Shown here piece by piece: positions 1 through 10,344 of a stretch of 64,000 nucleotides of DNA; within the stretch, counting starts at the first letter, position 1, and every line of letters begins with the position of its first letter. The stretch is from Promethearchaeota archaeon (GTDB taxonomy: Archaea > Asgardarchaeota > Lokiarchaeia > Sigyniarchaeales > SOKP01). A program made the position numbers and the translations under genes. Location of the stretch: assembly GCA_030603385.1 (NCBI GenBank), contig JAUVXW010000001.1, positions 128,001-192,000 of the forward strand, written 5' to 3'. The notes under the pieces were generated by a model, which saw only the letters and a list, made by a program, of their open reading frames with translations, was not told the origin of the DNA and searched no databases.

Positions 1-570
1 CGAAAACATATTATATTTTTCTCGAATGATGGTTTGTTAACAATAACAGGTGGAAAGTTGACTGCATTCAGAAGTATGGCTGAGGATATATTCAAAGAAA
101 TTGAAGTAAAAGAGATATTTCCTAATATTAGAAGGCAGGAGAATTTTTCAAAACAAAAATATATAATTAGCCTAGACAAACAAGAATGGTTTAAAATCTT
201 GAGAAATTCAGGTATTCAATTAGAGAAAGATATAGCTGACCATATTTATCAACAATATGGAAAAGGAGCTTTAAAGATTCTTGAAATTATTAGAGATAGT
301 GAATCTCTTAAAGAAAAAATTTTTAAAGATAATGACTTTGTTAAGGCAGAAATAATTTATTGTCTGAGATATGAAATGACACAGCATTTAATTGATCTGT
401 TTTGCCGTCGAACAGAGATGTCTCTCTGGATTAGTCATAAAAATGCAATTAAAGCTGCTACAATAGTTGCTGACATCATGGCAACAGAATATAATTGGAA
501 TGAAGATAAGAAAAAGCAAGAAATAAATGCTTACATTGAGTATGTTAAAAAAACAGTTTCCTTTATCTAA
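1..570 (+). CDS. glpD: FAD-dependent glycerol-3-phosphate dehydrogenase/oxidase, C-terminal part (5' truncated by the window)
   Basis: Frame is open from base 1 (RKHIIFFSNDGLLTITGGKLTAFRSMAE). GGKLT(T/A)xRxMAE and AEIIYCLRYEM...DLFCRRT match the GlpD/GlpA C-terminal domain. Confidence 0.85.
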   Translation, partial: RKHIIFFSNDGLLTITGGKLTAFRSMAEDIFKEIEVKEIFPNIRRQENFSKQKYIISLDKQEWFKILRNSGIQLEKDIADHIYQQYGKGALKILEIIRDSESLKEKIFKDNDFVKAEIIYCLRYEMTQHLIDLFCRRTEMSLWISHKNAIKAATIVADIMATEYNWNEDKKKQEINAYIEYVKKTVSFI

Positions 571-682
571 ATATTTACTTTCTTATTTTTTTTGAAATAT
601 TGGACTATATATTTTTAATAAATATTGTTTTATATATTCAATATAATAATATATCCAAAATTAAATTATAGCGTGATATTAA

Positions 683-1342
683 TTGATCTTTGCTTGGGAT
701 TTTAAAGATAACCTTTTGATACCCCTAGGTAAATTAGGTGGATTCTTCATGTTACTTTTAGGAATTATATGGGTACTTTATGCTGTGTATGAAACGAAAA
801 GAAGAAAATCATTCAAAAAGAGGAAAACAGAAACCTGGGACTTCGATATCACAAAATTCTTGAAAGGATTGACCTATATAGGATTTATCGTTGGTTTACT
901 ATGCATAATTTCGGGAGTTTCTGGATTAATGTTTGATATTCCTCCAAGTGTAGCATATGCAGATGGTCGTAATCTTTTTACTTCTATTTTATTAATTGTA
1001 TTTGGAATTTTAACATTTGTAAAACCTGCGAATGATCTCCCTCTTGCTAGTATTGTTGGGATGCTAGCAGCTACTTTAGTAGTAGTTTTACTGGCTTTAC
1101 TCATACCACAAACTGTGGTTGATTTAATTGCGGTGTTTATAAACCCTAAAATTTTATTAGCAATTATATTTATTATTATTTTCGCACTTATTGCTCTCAC
1201 TGCAAAATTCTATACTGCAGGTTTTATGGCGGTTTCTAAAGCAATTTCATGGCCACCTTTAGCAGTCATATTTGCCCTTTTTTGCCTGGTTCAAGGATTT
1301 TTATTAGTAGTAATAGGGGTCTCAATCTCAGGGCCATTCTAA
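683..1342 (+). CDS. Hypothetical multi-pass membrane protein
   Basis: 219 aa with about 6-7 long hydrophobic segments; TTG start; no family recognised. Confidence 0.7.
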   Translation: MIFAWDFKDNLLIPLGKLGGFFMLLLGIIWVLYAVYETKRRKSFKKRKTETWDFDITKFLKGLTYIGFIVGLLCIISGVSGLMFDIPPSVAYADGRNLFTSILLIVFGILTFVKPANDLPLASIVGMLAATLVVVLLALLIPQTVVDLIAVFINPKILLAIIFIIIFALIALTAKFYTAGFMAVSKAISWPPLAVIFALFCLVQGFLLVVIGVSISGPF

Positions 1343-1371
1343 TAAAATTTTTTTTTAATTTTTTTACTTTT

Positions 1372-2484
1372 TTAAGAAAAGCTAAATTTATGAGAAGGAT
1401 TTTTATTAATTTCTCCAATAATATCATGATTTAGTTCATAGGCACATTTTGGGCATTTTTTTTCATTAGTAACATCTATTTTCTTAAAACTATATCCTCT
1501 TCTCTCAAATAATAAATACCCACAATTTGGGCAATATGTATTACTCCCCTGCTCATGGTTTATATTACCTACATAGGGAAAATATAATCCCACATCCTTT
1601 GCAATTTTGTATGCCAAATCCAAAGTTTCATAGGGTGTTCTTTTTTTAGAAGGAGCTTTAAAATCAGGATGATAAGCAGAAAAATGCATAGGAGTATCTT
1701 TTCCTAAATTATCTACAATCCATTTACATAATTTCAAAATATCTTCTTTACTATCATTTAGATCAGGGATAATTAAATTTGTAATCTCAACATGCATACC
1801 ATTATTTTTAAAATATTTTGCTGTGTCTAAAACAGGTTTAACAGATTTGACTCCACATATTTTTTTATAGAAATCATCTGACATTGCTTTAATATCGATA
1901 TTAGCGGCATCAATTCCTACATCTATTAGTTCTTTAGAAGCTTCTGGAGTTGAGTATCCATTAGTTACTAAAACTATTTTAATATTTTTCTCTTTAAGTA
2001 ATTTTGCTGTATCTAATATCCATTCATGCCAAATTAAGGGCTCATTGTATGTATATGCTAAAGTTTTTGCTCCACTTTTAACAACTTTTTTAACTAACTG
2101 GTCAGGTGTCATTTCCACCAATGACATTTCTCGTCCCTGATAACCCTCAAGATCATAAAATCCGTTTTTTCCATTATCTGTTGGACTAGCTTGAGATATA
2201 GACCAATTTTGACAATTTTGACACTTAAAAGAGCATCCTATTGATGCTATTGAGTAAGCTGTGGCACCCGGCCAGAAATTATAGAGTGGTTTTTTTTCAA
2301 TAGGATCTAGACTTCCAGTAGAAATATGGGACCCATAAATTAAGGTGAATATTTCTCCATCAAAATTCTTTCTCGTTCGACATATACCCACTTTTCCAGG
2401 TAAAATAATACATTCATTTGCACAAACATGACATTGAGCTTTATTGTTATCTAAGCTATCCCATAACCTTGCTTTTACCTTCAA
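1372..2484 (-). CDS. amrS: AmmeMemoRadiSam system radical SAM enzyme
   Basis: N-terminal CHVCANEC..GICRTR, DPIEKKPLYNFWPG, radical SAM CSFKCQNCQNWSISQ, AYTYNEP, C-terminal TYCPNCG. GGTGA SD lies 6 nt before the TTG start. Confidence 0.9.
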   Translation of the reverse strand: MKVKARLWDSLDNNKAQCHVCANECIILPGKVGICRTRKNFDGEIFTLIYGSHISTGSLDPIEKKPLYNFWPGATAYSIASIGCSFKCQNCQNWSISQASPTDNGKNGFYDLEGYQGREMSLVEMTPDQLVKKVVKSGAKTLAYTYNEPLIWHEWILDTAKLLKEKNIKIVLVTNGYSTPEASKELIDVGIDAANIDIKAMSDDFYKKICGVKSVKPVLDTAKYFKNNGMHVEITNLIIPDLNDSKEDILKLCKWIVDNLGKDTPMHFSAYHPDFKAPSKKRTPYETLDLAYKIAKDVGLYFPYVGNINHEQGSNTYCPNCGYLLFERRGYSFKKIDVTNEKKCPKCAYELNHDIIGEINKNPSHKFSFS

Positions 2485-2607
2485 AATTATTCACCTATTA
2501 TTTGTGATTTTTATTGAGAACTTTCTCTAAATATATAATAGATAAGAAATCTTATATTTCTTATAGATTTAGGTTATAATTTTCGAACCGAAAAGTAGAT
2601 AGTAAAA

Positions 2608-3042
2608 ATGTCAAGAATAGAAAAAGCAGTCTCTTCCTTTAAGGGAGATTTTAATTGTGCTCAATCCATATTAAGTACATATGCTATTCAATATGGATTA
2701 AATCGAGATACAGCACTAAAATTAGCAACAGGTTTTGGTGGTGGGATGGCACGTTTAGGGAGAACATGTGGTGCAGTGTCTGCAGGTTTTATGGTTATTG
2801 GTCTAAAATATGGTATGGGAATAAAGGAGGATATAGACGTGAAAGAAAAGACATATCAGCTTATACGAGAATTTTCTGATCAATTTCAAGGAATTTATGG
2901 ATCTTCAACTTGTAAGGAATTATTAGGCTGTGATATTAATACGCTTGAAGGTAAAAATTATTACTCTCAAAATGATTTTTTTGATAGAAAATGCCTCAAA
3001 TATGTAAAGACCGCAGCAGAAATTTTAGAAAAAATATTATAA
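2608..3042 (+). CDS. C_GCAxxG_C_C family putative redox-active protein
   Basis: FNCAQS, GFGGGM...TCGAVSAG, STCKELLG and a terminal C in RKCLKYV. Confidence 0.9.
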   Translation: MSRIEKAVSSFKGDFNCAQSILSTYAIQYGLNRDTALKLATGFGGGMARLGRTCGAVSAGFMVIGLKYGMGIKEDIDVKEKTYQLIREFSDQFQGIYGSSTCKELLGCDINTLEGKNYYSQNDFFDRKCLKYVKTAAEILEKIL

Positions 3043-3068
3043 AGGAAATAAAATTCATATGAAATTTT

Positions 3069-3986
3069 ATGACAAATAATGAAGCAGAGCTCAATGAAGA
3101 GGAATTACAACGTTTATTAAATAAAAAGCAGAAAAATTTAGAAGAATTAGAAAAAATTAGTAAAAATTCAAACTATATTAAAGAATTAAGTGATATTGCT
3201 TTAATTCAACTACAATTAGAACAATATACTGACTCTGAGAAAAATTATTTAATTTGTTTAAAACATTTTGAAAAGCAAAAAGATAAGTTAGGGCAAGCTT
3301 CCGTTTATGGAATATTTGGAACCTTATTTTTTAAAAAAAGTGAGTATTCAAAGTCTATCGAATATTATGAAAAAGCATATAAAATATATGAGGATTTAAT
3401 GCAAAATCAAGAAAAAATCACCTGTTTAAAAGGAATTGGGAATAGTTTGATAAAATTAAACAAATTGGATGAAGCATGTGATATATTTCTGGATTGTAGC
3501 ACTATTTGTTCTGACAATAATGATATCTACAATTTATTAGATTGCCTAGGAAATTTAATTAATATTTATGAAACAAACGAAAAATGGGATGTAATTTTTG
3601 AACTATATAAAAAAACACTAGATGCTTTTAAAGAAATAAATGACTCTAAAGGTATAATTACCTCCTATTATAACTTGGGAATTCTTGAAAAGAAAAATGA
3701 TAATATGGGAGAAGCCGTACGATACTTTAAGAAAGGTACTAATATAGCAATTGATGCTAACTATGTTGAGTTAATTATTAAAGGTTTAAGCTATGTTGGG
3801 GAGACTTTGTTTTATTTAGGAGAAATTAAAGGAGCTAAAAATCAATTTATAAAAGCTTTACATTTAGCAAATAAAATTAACGCGGAAAATGCTAAACTTC
3901 AATTAAGTGTCTTGCTCCAATCACTTGGTTTACAAGATAAACAAATTATAGACGAATTAAGGATGTATAAAGAAAGCATGAAATGA
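3069..3986 (+). CDS. Tetratricopeptide repeat protein
   Basis: About 40-aa helical repeats (GQASVYGIFGTLF, ITCLKGIGNSL, ITSYYNLGILE, YVGETLFYLGE). Confidence 0.8.
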   Translation: MTNNEAELNEEELQRLLNKKQKNLEELEKISKNSNYIKELSDIALIQLQLEQYTDSEKNYLICLKHFEKQKDKLGQASVYGIFGTLFFKKSEYSKSIEYYEKAYKIYEDLMQNQEKITCLKGIGNSLIKLNKLDEACDIFLDCSTICSDNNDIYNLLDCLGNLINIYETNEKWDVIFELYKKTLDAFKEINDSKGIITSYYNLGILEKKNDNMGEAVRYFKKGTNIAIDANYVELIIKGLSYVGETLFYLGEIKGAKNQFIKALHLANKINAENAKLQLSVLLQSLGLQDKQIIDELRMYKESMK

Positions 3987-3990
3987 AATT

Positions 3991-4761
3991 TCATGAAAAC
4001 TTTGAAAAATCTGGTTTTCTTTTTTCAAAAAATGCTTTAAAAGCTTCTTGAGCTTCAGGAGATATCTGTCTTCTTACAAATTCGGCTCCTTCTTCTGGCA
4101 TTAATTTTTCAAGAACTCCATTGTAATACTTTTTGATGTATGCTTTTGTTTGTCGTAAAGCCTCTGGGGGTTTTTCAGCTAACTTTTCTGCTAAAAGAGT
4201 TACTTCTTTAATTAACTCATTTTCTGGAAAGATTTTATTTACAATTCCAATCTTACTAGCTTCTTCAGCACTAAACCAATCTCCAAAAAAGAATAGCTCA
4301 TTAGCACGTTGGCGTCCTATTAATTCTGGTAAATTAAAGGTACTTCCAAACTCTGGAATTAATCCTAAATTAACAAACGGAAATTGGAATCTACATCCCT
4401 TAGCAGCATAGATTAAATCAAAGTGTAGTAACATAGTAACCCCGACACCGATTGCATATCCGTGGACAGCTGCTATTATAGGTTTTTTAGCTGTCAAAAT
4501 CCATTCTGTCCAACTCCTTGATGGTCTAGTGCCCGATGACCACTCAAGATCTTGGAAATCTTTTAAATCATTCCCAGCACAAAAACATTTTCCATTACCG
4601 TAAATTAAAATGACTTTGATACTTGGATCTTTTTCTGCCATCTCAATTCCTTCAGCAATTCCGACATACATAACTCTTGTAAGAGCATTCCTTTTCTCCT
4701 CCCTGTTAAAAATAATATGAAGTACCCCATTTTCGGGTTTAAATATAATTTGATCATTCAT
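3991..4761 (-). CDS. Enoyl-CoA hydratase/isomerase (crotonase family)
   Basis: NREEKRNALT, FCAGNDL, KPIIAAVHGYAIGVG, PFVNLGLIPEFG, AFFEKRKPDF. The ATG at 4761 is preferred over the GTG at 4773. Confidence 0.9.
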   Translation of the reverse strand: MNDQIIFKPENGVLHIIFNREEKRNALTRVMYVGIAEGIEMAEKDPSIKVILIYGNGKCFCAGNDLKDFQDLEWSSGTRPSRSWTEWILTAKKPIIAAVHGYAIGVGVTMLLHFDLIYAAKGCRFQFPFVNLGLIPEFGSTFNLPELIGRQRANELFFFGDWFSAEEASKIGIVNKIFPENELIKEVTLLAEKLAEKPPEALRQTKAYIKKYYNGVLEKLMPEEGAEFVRRQISPEAQEAFKAFFEKRKPDFSKFS

Positions 4762-4936
4762 TTTATCACACACAATTTGAGAAGTTCTTAATAAAATAGT
4801 TAATATCCCATCATTTTAAAGAAGAAAGATTTTACAAAATTAAGTTAAAAAACAAGATATCTTCTTAAAACCCTTATTCAAATTAGAATTTTAAGAATCC
4901 TATAAGGATTTTATTAGACCCTGTTATTTCTAAAAC

Positions 4937-5176
4937 TTATTTATTATAATTATCATAATCTTGTTTCTCTGTCTTTCTCAAAGAATCTTTTGCCCCACAT
5001 TTATCACAGTAATCATGTTTAGTATGCGCAAATTCTCCACATTTATTACAAATATAAGGGTACGTTTTTTTGAAAAGTTTCCTATCCAAAATTGTTTCAC
5101 TTTTTTTTGCTTTTTCTTGATAAAAGAAGTGGTCGGTAAAAAGTTTTTGTATAGTTTTTCTTTTCTTTCAAGACAT
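4937..5176 (-). CDS. Small zinc-ribbon protein (CxxC-x10-CxxC), not in ORF track; start uncertain
   Basis: Manual translation: MS*KKRKTIQKLFTDHFFYQEKAKKSETILDRKLFKKTYPYICNKCGEFAHTKHDYCDKCGAKDSLRKTEKQDYDNYNK. In-frame TGA at codon 3; an alternative TTG start at 5089 gives 50 aa. Confidence 0.6.
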
Positions 5177-5407
5177 ATAGAAATTTATAAATCAATGTAG
5201 ATGTTTTTTAACAATAATCTCTATTAACTTTTTGGGAAGAAATTACTTGAGTTGAGATTCATTCAATAAAATTGATTGTATAGGGAGTTTGACTTTCTAT
5301 TTTAGACAAGCATCTTAATGAAATTTTATTTAATTAATTATAAATAAGCTAATTTTTATTTTTTAATAAAAGGATTTCAGTTATAAACATATTAAATTTT
5401 TATATCT

Positions 5408-6832
5408 ATGAAGGTCTGCCCTTACTGTAAACAATCAATTGAAGATGATTATCCATACTGCCCAAATTGTAATAAACCTTTAATTTCAAATCTAGGGAAG
5501 GTAGTAAATCGGAATTTAAGATCTGGATTCGGTGAACCTGAGTTTTTTCCTCCTGATATGGAAGAAGAAGATGATTATTATGAAGATACAATAATAAAAG
5601 ACGAAAAAATTGAACATGAAATACAAAAAATTGATGAAGTGTTAGAGAGAAAAGAAATATTAGGAGATCCAATACCAGGTTCATTATTACTAGAAAAATC
5701 AAGCTTGTATTATAAGAAGAGAGATTTACCTAATGCTATAAAAAATCTTGAATTGGCATTAAGAAATTTTGAAAAGGAAGATGATTTATTTAATGTGGCA
5801 ACATGCCATAATGAAATTGGGCTCATTCAAGAGGATATTGGATTTTTTGACCAAGCAATCTATCACTTTAATAGGTCTCTTGAAATTCTTAAAGAAGTAA
5901 ATGATAATCAAAAATTAATCAAGGTTTTAAACAATCTAGGAAATATATATTATTCGATCAAAGATTTAGAACAATCCTATAAATATTATCAAGAGGCTCT
6001 TGATTTATCTAAACGAGAGAAGTTAATGTATGAGGAAGTAAAAACATCCAGCAATTTGGTTGAAGTTCTTTACTTACTGAAAGAGTATGAGAGGATTAAA
6101 CGAATTCTAGCAAGAAATTCAGAATTTTTCAAGCAAAATGAAGATGCATATGGGATGATTCAAGTCCATATAAAATATGGAAAATTGCATTACTTAATAG
6201 GCGAAGATTACGATCAAGTAAATGAGAGGTTAAATAATGCATTACAACTAATAGATAGAGTAAGTGAAAATCTGTCTGTTTATATGAGAGCAAAATTGGA
6301 ATGGGAATGTTTTCTTTATCTTGGAAAATTATATTTATTGTGGGATAATCTAGTAGATGGTGAAAGCAATTTTTTGAAAAGTCTTGAAGCGGTCCGTATT
6401 TTCGAAATTGGGGAAAGTATTAATCAGGGAGATATATTAGAAAGCTTAGCTGAGTTATACACAATAAAAGGAGAAAAGGACAAAACAATAGAATATTATA
6501 TTTTATCTTGCGAAATTTACCATAAATTCGGAGATAATAAGAAATGTGCTCAAATTAAATTTAAAATTGGTAAAATGTATTTAGAATATGAAAAGGATAA
6601 ATCAAATTCGATAAAATATTTTGAAGAAGCGTTAGATCTTTATGAGGATCTACAATATATAAAAGAAGCCGCTGAAGTTCTCCATAAACTAGGAGATCTC
6701 TATATTGCTATCAGAATGCCTGATATAGCTATAGAAAATTTTGAAAAAGCACGAGATTATTATAAGGAGCTTCTTGATGATTATAATTTTGGTTTAATAG
6801 ACGAAAAAATCAGATCTTTACATAATGTTTAA
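5408..6832 (+). CDS. Zinc-ribbon plus TPR repeat protein
   Basis: N-terminal CPYC-x9-CPNC, an acidic linker (EEEDDYYED), then multiple TPR repeats (CHNEIGLI, LNNLGNIY, LHKLGDLY). Confidence 0.8.
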   Translation: MKVCPYCKQSIEDDYPYCPNCNKPLISNLGKVVNRNLRSGFGEPEFFPPDMEEEDDYYEDTIIKDEKIEHEIQKIDEVLERKEILGDPIPGSLLLEKSSLYYKKRDLPNAIKNLELALRNFEKEDDLFNVATCHNEIGLIQEDIGFFDQAIYHFNRSLEILKEVNDNQKLIKVLNNLGNIYYSIKDLEQSYKYYQEALDLSKREKLMYEEVKTSSNLVEVLYLLKEYERIKRILARNSEFFKQNEDAYGMIQVHIKYGKLHYLIGEDYDQVNERLNNALQLIDRVSENLSVYMRAKLEWECFLYLGKLYLLWDNLVDGESNFLKSLEAVRIFEIGESINQGDILESLAELYTIKGEKDKTIEYYILSCEIYHKFGDNKKCAQIKFKIGKMYLEYEKDKSNSIKYFEEALDLYEDLQYIKEAAEVLHKLGDLYIAIRMPDIAIENFEKARDYYKELLDDYNFGLIDEKIRSLHNV

Positions 6833-7512
6833 TTATCATCAATTTCAAAATCTTCTTTTTTATAAATTCTTCTCTCATATTCCTCAAATCCAATTCCTTT
6901 AATAAAAGCATATGATACTACATTATCTTTATATACTTCACATCTAAGCTCCTTTACATGAGGATAGTGTTCTTTTAAATGATTCCATGCAGCCATCCCC
7001 AGTATAGTTCCAAAACCCCTCCTTTGAAATCGAGGAATGACTGCTAAGGCAGCAATTACGGCATACTCTTTATTCTCACCCTCAAAATCAAGGAGCACAA
7101 ATGCAGCATCAATACCATATATTTTTCCAATGAAGAATACGGTATCTGAATGTTCAAGAATTGTTAATAAATCAGTTTTAGTAATCGGCCTGAAAGGAGT
7201 ATTACTCGTTAACCAAGCTCGATTATATATATTTTTAAGAGTATCAAGATCTTCTTTCGTTGCCTCTCTAATTTTCCCTTGGATAATATTATGTTCAATT
7301 TTATCTGTTAATTTGACCTCAAATTCTTTAGTAATTTTTTCTACCGGAAGCCTCATCTGAATGTATACCATGCCATCTTGGTAAAGTTCTTCTGTAGTTT
7401 TGTCTACAACTTCTTTTCGTTTCTTCTTAGTTTCTATAGAAAGAAATAATGCCCTAATTCTTTTCTTTTTAAGATTAACTTTTTTTCTAAGCTCCAATTT
7501 AGATCTTGGCAT
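6829..7512 (-). CDS. GNAT family N-acetyltransferase
   Basis: IREATKED, LAVIPRFQRRGFGT acetyl-CoA motif A, NVVSYAFIKGIGF. Shares a TTAA stop overlap with the convergent TPR gene. Confidence 0.85.
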   Translation of the reverse strand: MPRSKLELRKKVNLKKKRIRALFLSIETKKKRKEVVDKTTEELYQDGMVYIQMRLPVEKITKEFEVKLTDKIEHNIIQGKIREATKEDLDTLKNIYNRAWLTSNTPFRPITKTDLLTILEHSDTVFFIGKIYGIDAAFVLLDFEGENKEYAVIAALAVIPRFQRRGFGTILGMAAWNHLKEHYPHVKELRCEVYKDNVVSYAFIKGIGFEEYERRIYKKEDFEIDDN

Positions 7513-7533
7513 GATAAAATAGATATTTTAAAA

Positions 7534-9168
7534 TTAGGGTAATAAATTAAGATTTTCCCGAATTTTTCCTTCAATATTTTCGTTAATAAGAACTTTTTCT
7601 TTTAATTTTGAAACGCCTAACTGTATTTTCTTCTTCAAATTCACATCTTTTATCAAATTTTTACTTTCGGATGAAAATTCAAAGTTTGATCTCAATGCCA
7701 TATCATCTTCAATTCTCTCAATTAGAATGTTTTTTAATTTCATCAAGGGGTCTGAGATATATTCATAAATATTATTTGGATCATTAGTAATATATCCTGG
7801 AAATAAAATATTCATACGTTCTTCCATATTGTCTTCATTTTCGATAAACATGGCATAAACAGGCAGATAAATCCATTGTATAGGTCTTGAAAACAAATCT
7901 GATTGATTCTCATTTAATGACCATCTAACTAACTCTTGAGCTTCTTGTAAGCATGCATTATGTTTTGATTGTATTATTTCGTTAATATTACCAAACAAAA
8001 TTTCTATCTTTTCTTCTTGAATTTTTAGACCAGAAATTTTTTCTTTTCTTTCACTCTCAAATTCTGAGAGCAATTTATCTCTATCTTTTAATTTTAAACT
8101 CTGTGATTCTCTAAACCTTTCTAGTTTTACTTTAGCTTCCTCATCTATTTGACGTGCTCTTTCTTTTAAATCGACATATCTTTGGTTAAGTCCTTCAAGA
8201 GATTCTAAAAATTTCTTTCCCTCATCTTCTAAATAATTAAAATGATTTTGAAAATGGGGCAAAACATCTTCATAAACCCTACTTTTTAAGGAATCACCAC
8301 TTGTAAAAAACCTATTTTTTTTAATCATCTCTTCAAGATGTCTTTCAGATGTTTTAAATAATGTTGAAATAGCCTCAATTATCTTTTTTTTCTCCTCTAC
8401 ATTCCATTGATCGATTTTATCTTGCTCTAATTTCACTTGGTGGTCCATTTGGGTTGGATCTATTGTTGATGAAGCTTTATTCATCTGACTAGAATATCTA
8501 GTAACAAAGTCTTTAAGTTGTACGTTTAAATCAATAAGCCATTTACTAACTTCTTTTTCTATCAATTCTGTTTGAGTTTTCCACCTAAAAGCATTTCCCT
8601 TCATTGTATTTATTATATTACGATAATTCTCAGATATATTTAAAGCGATTTCAGTGGTAATTCTGTGATCTAAGACAGTATAATCAATAATTGGTTTGTA
8701 TTCTATAAGTGGAATTATCATAATTAATGTTTGAAGAAACTCTGGATTTATCAAACCATTTATTTTAAGTGTTTGATATTCAGATTCTTCACCTTCCCCT
8801 AAATCTTCTGCTTCTGTGTCTTTATAAGACAAAATATCTATTAACTTATTCAATTCTTCTATTTTAGTTCGATTTTCAATATTTCTTAGAATATGGCCAA
8901 CTAACGGTTGACGTGGGGCATTTGAAAATTTATCTCTCTTATTAAAAATACCTAATCCATCTAGCATTATGTGTGTGCCAATAGTTCCTTGTATACTTAA
9001 TATAGGCCATAGAAGTCTCGAAAAAGAAAGGATTTTCTCATTTTTGTTTAAATCCTTTGTTAAAAGATAAAATGTTAGGGATAATTCATCGTTTCCTTGA
9101 ATAACAGGTCGTTTTGTAATTTTATTCATAAAAAAAGGTAATAGATATTGGTTACCGTGTACAGACAA
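7534..9168 (-). CDS. Hypothetical protein with long central coiled coil
   Basis: 544 aa with heptad-rich K/E/L helices between globular termini; 21 bp upstream of the GNAT gene, likely co-transcribed. Confidence 0.7.
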   Translation of the reverse strand: MSVHGNQYLLPFFMNKITKRPVIQGNDELSLTFYLLTKDLNKNEKILSFSRLLWPILSIQGTIGTHIMLDGLGIFNKRDKFSNAPRQPLVGHILRNIENRTKIEELNKLIDILSYKDTEAEDLGEGEESEYQTLKINGLINPEFLQTLIMIIPLIEYKPIIDYTVLDHRITTEIALNISENYRNIINTMKGNAFRWKTQTELIEKEVSKWLIDLNVQLKDFVTRYSSQMNKASSTIDPTQMDHQVKLEQDKIDQWNVEEKKKIIEAISTLFKTSERHLEEMIKKNRFFTSGDSLKSRVYEDVLPHFQNHFNYLEDEGKKFLESLEGLNQRYVDLKERARQIDEEAKVKLERFRESQSLKLKDRDKLLSEFESERKEKISGLKIQEEKIEILFGNINEIIQSKHNACLQEAQELVRWSLNENQSDLFSRPIQWIYLPVYAMFIENEDNMEERMNILFPGYITNDPNNIYEYISDPLMKLKNILIERIEDDMALRSNFEFSSESKNLIKDVNLKKKIQLGVSKLKEKVLINENIEGKIRENLNLLP

Positions 9169-9343
9169 GGATTTTCTCCTACTTTTTAATTTCTGTTTAT
9201 TAAAAATAATTCTGAATATATTAAATTTAAAGCGATTCAGTTTTAAAATTTTAATCTTTTTTTAAACGATAATAAAAAACTAGGAGCTCAAATATTATAA
9301 AAATGAAGTAAGTAAGGAAAATTAAAGTTTAAAATAAACAAAA

Positions 9344-10225
9344 TTATTTGAGTTGTTCATAGTTATTAGCTATTACCATTATGAGGAGTGCTAACAATAT
9401 TATTAATGGTGGTAATATCGCTCTTACATGAGGTAAATCCGCTACATCAAGTGCTCCTTGTAATATTCTTCCTCCAATAAAATAAAGGAGGAAACCAATA
9501 GCGTTTAAAGCATATGATTTTCTTAATACTCCAAAAGTTTTCCAGGCAAGATACAGAAAGATAAACGGAATTAACGCTAGGAACAATGGCATAAAGATGA
9601 AATTAAACAAAAATCTCCCAAGAGGATATTCCCAAGATCCTATTCCTATTGTAACTATATTGTCTTCCCATCCTGATAAATTATATAGACTTGGAAAATC
9701 TGGATCCATAAAAAGCCATTTTGATAAAGTTAAAGAGAGAATTCCTATTATGATAGGAACAACAATCAATCCTAAACGAATTAGTAGTTTGATGTTATTT
9801 TTATTTCCGATCCATTCTTTAAATGATTTACCTTTCTCTTCCTTTTTTCCTACCCTAGTATCAGGAGGAAATAACAAAATCCCCAATACTCCCACAGCGC
9901 AGGCGGTTCCCAACCAAGTAAAAAATACAGCAAACCGATAATTAACCATTAAAAACTCTACAACTTCAACACCATTTCCTGGGAGTGGTAAAGATTCATA
10001 CAATTCTGGGCCGAAAAAATAATATATTATGAAAAATACTCGTGCAATTCCAAAACATAGAAAGAACAAGCTAAAATACAACCAATATAATTTCTTTGAA
10101 GTTCGAAATCTAATGAATAGGAAGTAGAAAAACAATAAAAAGAAATAGCCTACAATGATAAAATAGAGCCCCATTTCAATAGCATCCCAAAATCCAAAAT
10201 CATGAAAAGTATCTTGAAACAACAT
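9344..10225 (-). CDS. Seven-transmembrane hypothetical membrane protein
   Basis: Seven hydrophobic stretches of about 20-25 aa; basic loop after TM3 and a long loop between TM4 and TM5. Confidence 0.7.
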   Translation of the reverse strand: MLFQDTFHDFGFWDAIEMGLYFIIVGYFFLLFFYFLFIRFRTSKKLYWLYFSLFFLCFGIARVFFIIYYFFGPELYESLPLPGNGVEVVEFLMVNYRFAVFFTWLGTACAVGVLGILLFPPDTRVGKKEEKGKSFKEWIGNKNNIKLLIRLGLIVVPIIIGILSLTLSKWLFMDPDFPSLYNLSGWEDNIVTIGIGSWEYPLGRFLFNFIFMPLFLALIPFIFLYLAWKTFGVLRKSYALNAIGFLLYFIGGRILQGALDVADLPHVRAILPPLIILLALLIMVIANNYEQLK

Positions 10226-10344
10226 AATAAGTCAATTTTTATAATTACTTTAAATAATATTATTATCTTTTAGTTGTATAAAAATTTATTTCAATTTGAG
10301 TAATTCTTAAAATACAAATATTATCAATTACTTTTAGAATCTAT

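Noticed and set aside
4896-4910. Palindrome AATCCT-ATA-AGGATT upstream of the enoyl-CoA hydratase gene
   Set aside because: Six-bp arms are expected by chance in AT-rich DNA.
4780-4936. Possible SECIS element downstream of the UGA-containing ORF
   Set aside because: An AUGA is present, but I could not build the GA-quartet and stem II.
4961-5200. Plus-strand 79-aa Phe-rich ORF
   Set aside because: Antisense shadow of the minus-strand zinc-ribbon ORF.
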